NCBI GenBank assembly: GCA_041946735.1
Contig: JBHGAY010000012.1
Span: forward strand, 64,001-128,000
DNA: 64,000 nt
From: Candidatus Eiseniibacteriota bacterium
GTDB lineage: Bacteria; Eisenbacteria; RBG-16-71-46; CAIMUX01; VGJL01
Reading direction: 5' to 3'
Part shown: positions 58,417-64,000 of the stretch, one piece after another
Layout: each line of letters begins with the position of its first letter
Position numbering within the stretch: position 1 is the first letter of the stretch
Program-made: the position numbers and the translations under genes
Notes under the pieces: model-generated
Told to the model about the DNA's origin: nothing
The model's database searches: none
What the model saw: only the letters and a program-made list of their open reading frames with translations

Positions 58417-60192
58417 ATGGTCCTGGTCAGTTATTCCGGGCGCGAGATCAACGCGAAGCTCGTCTACTACGGTCCCGGTTTGTCGGGCAAGACGACGAAC
58501 CTGGAGTACATCTACGGTGCGATCCCCCAGGTGCATCGAGGCAAGATGGTCTCGATGAAGACGAAGACCGAGCGCACGCTCTTCTTCGACTTCCTCCCGA
58601 TCGATCTCGGAGAGCTGGCGGGATTCAAGACTCGCTTCCTCCTCTACACGGTCCCCGGGCAGGTCTACTACAACGCGACACGCAAGCTCGTCCTGAAGGG
58701 AGTCGACGCGGTCGTCTTCGTCGCCGATTCGAAGCGCGGCAAGATGGACGAGAACATCGAGAGTCTCGAGAACCTGCGCGAGAACCTGAAGGAGCACGGC
58801 CTCGACCTCGACCGCATCCCCTGGGTCCTGCAGTACAACAAGCGGGACGTCCCGGACGCCTACACGATCGAGGAGCTGGAGAAGGCGCTGAATCCGGGGA
58901 ACGTCCCGTCGTTCGAGGCGGTCGCAAAGTCGGGCGAGGGAGTGTTCGAGACGTTCAAGGCGGTCTCGCGGATGCTGCTGAAGCACCTCTCGCAGGAGAT
59001 CGGCGTGCGCGTCGTGACGCCGGCCGCCGGCGCCCCGAGCGGGTCGAACGATGCGGCGGCCGCAACGCCGGCCGCGGGCGAAGACCGGCGCATGAGCGGG
59101 CCTCCTTCGACGCCGCCGGTTGCTCCGATGCCACCGATGGCGCAGCCGCCGAAGTTCGCAGCCTCCACGTTCCGCGCGCCTGCCGCGCCCATGGCGCCTG
59201 CCGCGCCCATGCCGGCTGCTGCGCCGGTTGCTCCTGCAGCGCCTCCGGCGCGACCGTCCTCGTTCTTCGACCGGGAGCGGACCGACGCGGCCCAGCCGAT
59301 GTCTGCGACCAGGCCGCTCGGCCATGCGTCCCTCGGCGCGCAGGCGCCCGCCGCGCCGATGCCGGCCGCACCGACGTCCCCCGCGCCCGCGCCCGCGCCT
59401 GCGCCTGTGCCCGCGTCCACGCCCGCGCTCATGACCGGGACGGACGCCGCGACCGAGGCCGGCGCGGAGGCCGGGACGAAGCCCCGGAGCGCGACCGAGT
59501 GCCCACCGGAGCTTCGGATCGAGCCGGTCGTTACGCAGACGCTCTCTCATGACGGCGAAAGCTCCGCCACTCCCACGACGGCGGCCGAGCCGGACCATCC
59601 GGCTGGAATGGGGGATCGCCTTCGCCGGTGGCTCGGCCGATCGCGCGAGACGGACGACGAACGGCTCGTCTTCGACACCGACCGCCACGCCACGCGCCCG
59701 GCGGATCATGCGGAGCATGCGGATCGTGCGGAGCATGAAGAGGACGTCACGCGCGAGGCGCCGCATTCGCAGCACGAAGCGCACGAGAGCCCCGCCTCCT
59801 CCGCCGCGCCCGCTGTCTCCGCCGCGCCTGCCGCCGGCAAGAGCGACCCGACGCCCGAGCCGGCATGCGACGAGCCGGCGGACGCGCAGCCGGCCGCGGC
59901 CTCGACCGTCCCGACCGTCCCGACCGCCTCGACCATCCCCACCGCCTCGACCGCCGGGAACGCCCCGAACGTCGCGCCGCCGCCGCCGCCGCTACCGCTG
60001 CCCCTGCCCCGGGCGAACCGGCGGGACTCCGCGCCGCTCGAGAAGGAGATCCCGGTCGAGGTGTCGCTCACCTCGGAAGAGATCCGGGCAGGCGTCGTCC
60101 TTCGCTTCCGCGTCGAGATCCGGCGCGTTGAGCCAATGGACGAAGAGCAGGACGAGTCGCTCCGGGAGATGCGCGTGCCGCGCGCAGCTTAG
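58417..60192 (+). CDS. mglA: MglA-family small GTPase with ~390-aa low-complexity C-terminal extension
   Basis: INAKLVYYGPGLSGKTTNL; ERTLFFDFLP; YTVPGQVYY; VVFVADS; QYNKRD; EAVA. Confidence 0.9.
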   Translation: MVLVSYSGREINAKLVYYGPGLSGKTTNLEYIYGAIPQVHRGKMVSMKTKTERTLFFDFLPIDLGELAGFKTRFLLYTVPGQVYYNATRKLVLKGVDAVVFVADSKRGKMDENIESLENLRENLKEHGLDLDRIPWVLQYNKRDVPDAYTIEELEKALNPGNVPSFEAVAKSGEGVFETFKAVSRMLLKHLSQEIGVRVVTPAAGAPSGSNDAAAATPAAGEDRRMSGPPSTPPVAPMPPMAQPPKFAASTFRAPAAPMAPAAPMPAAAPVAPAAPPARPSSFFDRERTDAAQPMSATRPLGHASLGAQAPAAPMPAAPTSPAPAPAPAPVPASTPALMTGTDAATEAGAEAGTKPRSATECPPELRIEPVVTQTLSHDGESSATPTTAAEPDHPAGMGDRLRRWLGRSRETDDERLVFDTDRHATRPADHAEHADRAEHEEDVTREAPHSQHEAHESPASSAAPAVSAAPAAGKSDPTPEPACDEPADAQPAAASTVPTVPTASTIPTASTAGNAPNVAPPPPPLPLPLPRANRRDSAPLEKEIPVEVSLTSEEIRAGVVLRFRVEIRRVEPMDEEQDESLREMRVPRAA

Positions 60193-60358
60193 CTGGCCGG
60201 GCTTGTCGGCCCGGCAGCACCTCCGGGCCATCAGCGCCATCGTTTCCGGGCCGCGCGGGCCTTCCGCGCGGCCCGTTGCCATCCGCGCGCCGAGAAGAAG
60301 CGCGCTCGCGCCCGGCTTCTCGCGCAGCACCCCGCCTAATCGACGAACTACGATCTGC

Positions 60359-60388
60359 TTGACGCGTCCGACCAAGGCTCCGTAGATT
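60359..60388 (+). promoter_or_regulatory. Promoter for TPR-trpA-uppP
   Basis: TTGACG-18 bp-TAGATT. Confidence 0.45.
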
Positions 60389-60424
60389 GCCTTTCTGGCC
60401 CACCGTTGGGCGAACGAGGGGGAG

Positions 60425-61513
60425 ATGGCCGGAGACGAGCGGAGCCAGAAGCGGATCGAGGAGACCGAGAAGCGTCTGCGGTCGCATCCCAGCGACCGCG
60501 ATCTGCTCTTTCAACTCGTCCAGCTCTATCACGACGCAGGACGCCCGGCGCAGGCCGCGGCGCTGCTCGAAGCGCGGCTCCTCGAGGGGGAGAGCGACTG
60601 GGATCTCCTCCGCGAGTGCGCCAGCGCGTTCCGCCTCGCCGGCAAGCCCGATCGCGCGCTGGAGCTTCTCACGCAAGCGTCGTCGCTTCACGCGGAGCGC
60701 CCCGATTTCTGGTCCCTCAAGGGACGGATGCACGAGGATCTTCGCGAGTACGACCGCGCGCGAGCCGACCACGAGCGCGCGCTCGCCATCGAGCCGACCG
60801 GGACCGAGTTCCGCTACCGGCTCGGCGTCACGATGATGAAGGGCGGCCGCGGCGACGAGGCGATCGTGGCCTTCGAGCAGTGCGTGAAGCAGGATCCCCG
60901 GATGACGAAGGCGCAGATCAACATCGGCTACATCCACGATCAGAACGGGGATTCCGAGCGCGCCGTCCTCGCCTTCCAGAAGGCGATCGAGATGAACCCG
61001 AACAGCGTCGAGAGCCACTGCAACCTGGGCGCCGCCTACGGGGATCTCGGGCGCAAGCGCGAAGCGGTCGAGGAGTTCAAGAAGGCGATCGAGCTCGATC
61101 CGCAGTGCGCGCTCGCGCACTTCAACCTCGGCGTCATCTACCTCGAGGACCGCCCGGAGGAGGCGCGCGCCTGCCTGCAGAAGGCGCTCTCGATCGATCC
61201 GGAGAACTGGGAGATCCAGTACTACCTGGGCGTCCTCTACTTCAAGAAGGGGATCTACGACACGGCGCTGCGCTACCTGCAGAACTGCCGCGAGCAGAAT
61301 CCCGACAGCCCGCGCGTGCTCTACGTGCTCGGCATGGCGTACAACAAGAGCGACATGCCCGACCACGCGGTCGAGACGCTGACGCGGCTCTGCGAGCTGC
61401 AGCCCGAGAACGGCGACGCCCACTACAACCTCGGGATCGCCCTCGACAAGAAGGGGCTCTACGACCGGGCGAAAGCCGCGTATCGCGAAGCCGACCGCCT
61501 GATGCACCGGTAG
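60425..61513 (+). CDS. Tetratricopeptide repeat protein
   Basis: Canonical TPRs (A..NLG..Y...G...EA...F.KAIELDP); no signal peptide. Confidence 0.9.
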   Translation: MAGDERSQKRIEETEKRLRSHPSDRDLLFQLVQLYHDAGRPAQAAALLEARLLEGESDWDLLRECASAFRLAGKPDRALELLTQASSLHAERPDFWSLKGRMHEDLREYDRARADHERALAIEPTGTEFRYRLGVTMMKGGRGDEAIVAFEQCVKQDPRMTKAQINIGYIHDQNGDSERAVLAFQKAIEMNPNSVESHCNLGAAYGDLGRKREAVEEFKKAIELDPQCALAHFNLGVIYLEDRPEEARACLQKALSIDPENWEIQYYLGVLYFKKGIYDTALRYLQNCREQNPDSPRVLYVLGMAYNKSDMPDHAVETLTRLCELQPENGDAHYNLGIALDKKGLYDRAKAAYREADRLMHR

Positions 61514-61530
61514 GCAGGCACGCCCCGCGC

Positions 61531-62370
61531 ATGACGACGGCGCTCGAGACGGCCCTTCGCGAGCGTCTCCACTCCGGGCGGCGTCTCCTCGTCCCGTTCC
61601 TGACGGCCGGATGGCCCGACGCCGATAGCTTCCTCGAGGCGGCGCGCGCCTGCGCGGCGGCCGGCGCCGATCTGCTCGAGGTCGGTGTTCCGTTTTCCGA
61701 TCCGATCGCGGACGGACCGACGATCCAGCGGACCTCGCAGGAAGCGCTCGCGCGCGGCGAGACGCTGGAGCGTACGCTCGACACCCTCGCGCGCGAGGCG
61801 CCCGGGATCGGCCTGCCGATCGTCCTCATGAGCTACGCGAACCCGATCCTCGCCTTCGGCATCGATCGCTTCTGCGAGCGCGCGCCGCGCGCCGGCGTCG
61901 GCGGGCTGCTGCTTTCCGACGTCCCGCCCGAGGAGCTGCCGGAGATCGAGGGACCGCTCGCCGCGGCCGGCATCGCGCGGATCCTGCTGATCGCTCCGAC
62001 CACGCCGCCCGAGCGGGTCGAGGCGCTCGCGCGCCGCGCGTCGGGCTTCCTCTACTGCGTGACCCGGCTCGGCGTGACGGGAGCGGGGACGAGCTTCTCC
62101 GGCAACCTCGGCGAGCAGCTCGCGCGCATCCGCGCAGTCACCGACGTCCCGGTCGTCGCGGGCTTCGGCATCCGCCAGCCCGCCGACCTCGACAAGCTTC
62201 CGGGCGGGCTCGACGGAGTCGTCCTCGGCGCGCGCCTGCTCGAGGCGGTGGCGGACACGGGCGCGGGCGCCGGCGCGGACACGGGCGCCGGCGCGGGCGC
62301 GGGGGGAACCATCACGGATCGCGTCACCGCCTTGCTCGCACCCTTTCGAGAGAGGTTGGATCTTCGATGA
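61531..62370 (+). CDS. trpA: Tryptophan synthase alpha chain
   Basis: LEVGVPFSDPIADGPTIQ; LMSYANP; LIAPTT; GFLY..GVTG; GFGI. Confidence 0.93.
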   Translation: MTTALETALRERLHSGRRLLVPFLTAGWPDADSFLEAARACAAAGADLLEVGVPFSDPIADGPTIQRTSQEALARGETLERTLDTLAREAPGIGLPIVLMSYANPILAFGIDRFCERAPRAGVGGLLLSDVPPEELPEIEGPLAAAGIARILLIAPTTPPERVEALARRASGFLYCVTRLGVTGAGTSFSGNLGEQLARIRAVTDVPVVAGFGIRQPADLDKLPGGLDGVVLGARLLEAVADTGAGAGADTGAGAGAGGTITDRVTALLAPFRERLDLR

Positions 62371-63164
62371 ACCTGCTGGACATGCTCGTCCTGGCCGTGG
62401 TGCAGGGAGCGACGGAGTTCCTCCCCGTCTCGAGCAGCGGGCACCTCGTGCTCGCCAACGCGCTCCTCGGCGTGCACGAGCCGGGGATCACGACGGAGAT
62501 CGTGCTGCACCTCGGCACGCTCGTCGCCGTCGTCTTCTACTTCCGCAAAGACCTGCTGCGGCTTCTCACCGGAATCGTCCGCTGGATCGGCGGCCGCCGC
62601 GGGGACGAGGAGCGCTCGGCCGGCCGGCTGTTCTGGCTCCTCGTGCTCGGGACGATTCCCGCCGTCATCGCCGGCGTCCTCCTCGGCGACTGGCTCGAGG
62701 GGATGTTCGAGGATCCGCGCGACACGGCGATCCAGATTCTCATCACCGCCGCGATCCTCTTCTCGACGCTGCTGGTGCGGCGCGGCGTGCGGCGCATCGA
62801 CTCGCTGCGCTCGATCCTGATCGGGATCGGCCAGGCGATCGCGATCGTCCCGGGAATCTCGCGGAGCGGGACCACGATCGCGACGGCGCTCTACCTGAAG
62901 GTCGAGCCGCGCGAAGCGGCGCGCTTCTCCTTCCTCCTCTCGATCCCCGCGATCCTCGGGGCTGCCGTGTTCGAGGCGCCGAAGATGGCGCACGAGATCC
63001 ACACGGCGGGGGCGGGGCTGCTCGCGATCGGCTTCGTCGTCTCGATGGTCGTCGGCTGGCTCTCGATCGCCGCGCTCCTGCGCATTGTGCAGGAGGGGAA
63101 GTTCGGCTGGTTCGGGATCTGGTGCGTGGTGGTCGGGATCGCGGGGCTTCTGCTGCTGCGGTAG
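62367..63164 (+). CDS. uppP: Undecaprenyl-diphosphate phosphatase
   Basis: VQGATEFLPVSSSGHL; PGISRSG.T; FSFLLSIP. Confidence 0.95.
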   Translation: MNLLDMLVLAVVQGATEFLPVSSSGHLVLANALLGVHEPGITTEIVLHLGTLVAVVFYFRKDLLRLLTGIVRWIGGRRGDEERSAGRLFWLLVLGTIPAVIAGVLLGDWLEGMFEDPRDTAIQILITAAILFSTLLVRRGVRRIDSLRSILIGIGQAIAIVPGISRSGTTIATALYLKVEPREAARFSFLLSIPAILGAAVFEAPKMAHEIHTAGAGLLAIGFVVSMVVGWLSIAALLRIVQEGKFGWFGIWCVVVGIAGLLLLR

Positions 63165-63363
63165 GCGGAGGGCTCTCGGCGCGCCCGCCCTCTCGGCGGG
63201 CGCCAGCTTCAACCGAATCCAAGCGAGCGCGCCGTCGTTTGATCGGAACGGCGGCGCGCAAGTGGTACAGGCTCTTTTCCCCAGCGCGGAGTCGGGCCCG
63301 GCCCCGATCGCGGGGGTTCTTTCCGGTGGCGGTCCTCCCTTCGGCCTGCCGGCCGCCGGGAGG

Positions 63364-63459
63364 CTATCTCTTCAACCACCAGAAGATGTCGAAGATCAGC
63401 ACGACGAACAGACCGAGGACCATGGCTTTCGCCTGCCTTTCGCTCCAACGGTGGAGCAC
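63364..63459 (-). CDS. Putative 31-aa single-TM small protein
   Basis: GGAGG then GTG: MLHRWSERQAKAMVLGLFVVLIFDIFWWLKR*; GC3-rich codons in the hydrophobic segment; hairpin 63334-63363 directly downstream. Confidence 0.45.
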   Translation of the reverse strand: MLHRWSERQAKAMVLGLFVVLIFDIFWWLKR

Positions 63460-63552
63460 CAGCCCTCCGATCCCATCCGTGCCCCCCGCCCAACCCATCC
63501 GTTCGGGCCCTTCCCATCTTCGAGATCGGCCGATTTCCCCAGAGGCTGAATG

Positions 63553-63588
63553 AAAAACTCCCCGGACGGGGGAGCCCGCCCGGGGACG
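63553..63588 (-). terminator. Intrinsic terminator of the minus-strand phosphatase gene
   Basis: GC hairpin TCCCCGG...CCGGGGA preceded on the + strand by GAAAAA (U-tract on the minus strand). Confidence 0.6.
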
Positions 63589-63608
63589 CCTGCGCAGGCA
63601 GGAAGCGT

Positions 63609-64000
63609 CTACGAGTAGCTGCGACGAGCGGCTGCGCTGGAATCCGCGGCCTCGCGAACACCCGCAGGGTCACGGCCACCGGCGCCGGGCGCCTCGCCGG
63701 TCCCCGCCACCGCAGCCGTACGGGCCGGCTCGGTCGCCAGCGCCTTCACGATCAGCACCGTCACGTCGTCCTCGCGGGTCGGCTTCGCGCGGACGCGCTC
63801 CATCATCCGATCGAGGATCCTGCCCGACGGAAGATGGCGCAGCTCGACGGCGAGCGCCTCGAGATGGTCCTCGCGGAAGGAGTCCTTCTCGTCGAGCGGA
63901 TCGGGGATCCCGTCGGTGAAGCAGAGAAGCAGATCGCCGGGCGAGAGCCGCACGCGCGCGATCGGGTAGCTGGTGCCAGCCTGGATCCCGAGGAGCAGGG
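63609..64000 (-). CDS. SpoIIE/RsbU-like PP2C Ser/Thr phosphatase, 3' end only
   Basis: LLLGI...L.PGDLLL.FTDGI...EDDVTVLIVK; runs off the window. Confidence 0.85.
   Translation of the reverse strand, partial: LLLGIQAGTSYPIARVRLSPGDLLLCFTDGIPDPLDEKDSFREDHLEALAVELRHLPSGRILDRMMERVRAKPTREDDVTVLIVKALATEPARTAAVAGTGEAPGAGGRDPAGVREAADSSAAARRSYS

Overview
High-GC bacterial chromosomal window. By inference it comes from a diderm, probably an FCB-related candidate lineage such as Eisenbacteria or Latescibacteria, because it combines T9SS-like sorting domains and PorV/PorZ-like genes with a myxobacterial-type MglA. It opens with the 3' part of a tRNA-Lys and a 1.1-kb regulatory leader carrying two sigma70-type promoters and several stem-loops. 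Next come a giant (~4,311 aa) acidic, Ig-repeat secreted protein ending in a T9SS/FlgD-Ig-type C-terminal domain, a PorV-family barrel fused to TSP3 repeats and an OmpA peptidoglycan-binding domain, and an orphan type IV pilin. These are followed by ribD-ribE-ribBA-ribH-nusB and a 14-kb glycosylation operon (DUF2723/TMEM260-like membrane glycosyltransferase, polyprenol-P-mannose synthase, PorZ-like propeller). That operon contains a 14-bp tandem repeat forming a chain of ATGA-coupled minigenes. The dcw cluster (mraZ to ftsZ) has an inserted STAS-like gene and no murB or ddl. The window ends with a TPR protein, rpmB, recG, a C-terminally extended MglA, a second TPR protein, trpA, uppP, a small membrane peptide and the end of a PP2C/SpoIIE phosphatase. 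The best candidate for an undescribed system is a giant surface (S-layer/adhesin-like) T9SS-type cargo with its own cell-wall-tethered PorV partner, plus a nearby protein-glycosylation/anchoring operon. All calls come from motif recognition by eye; no searches were run.
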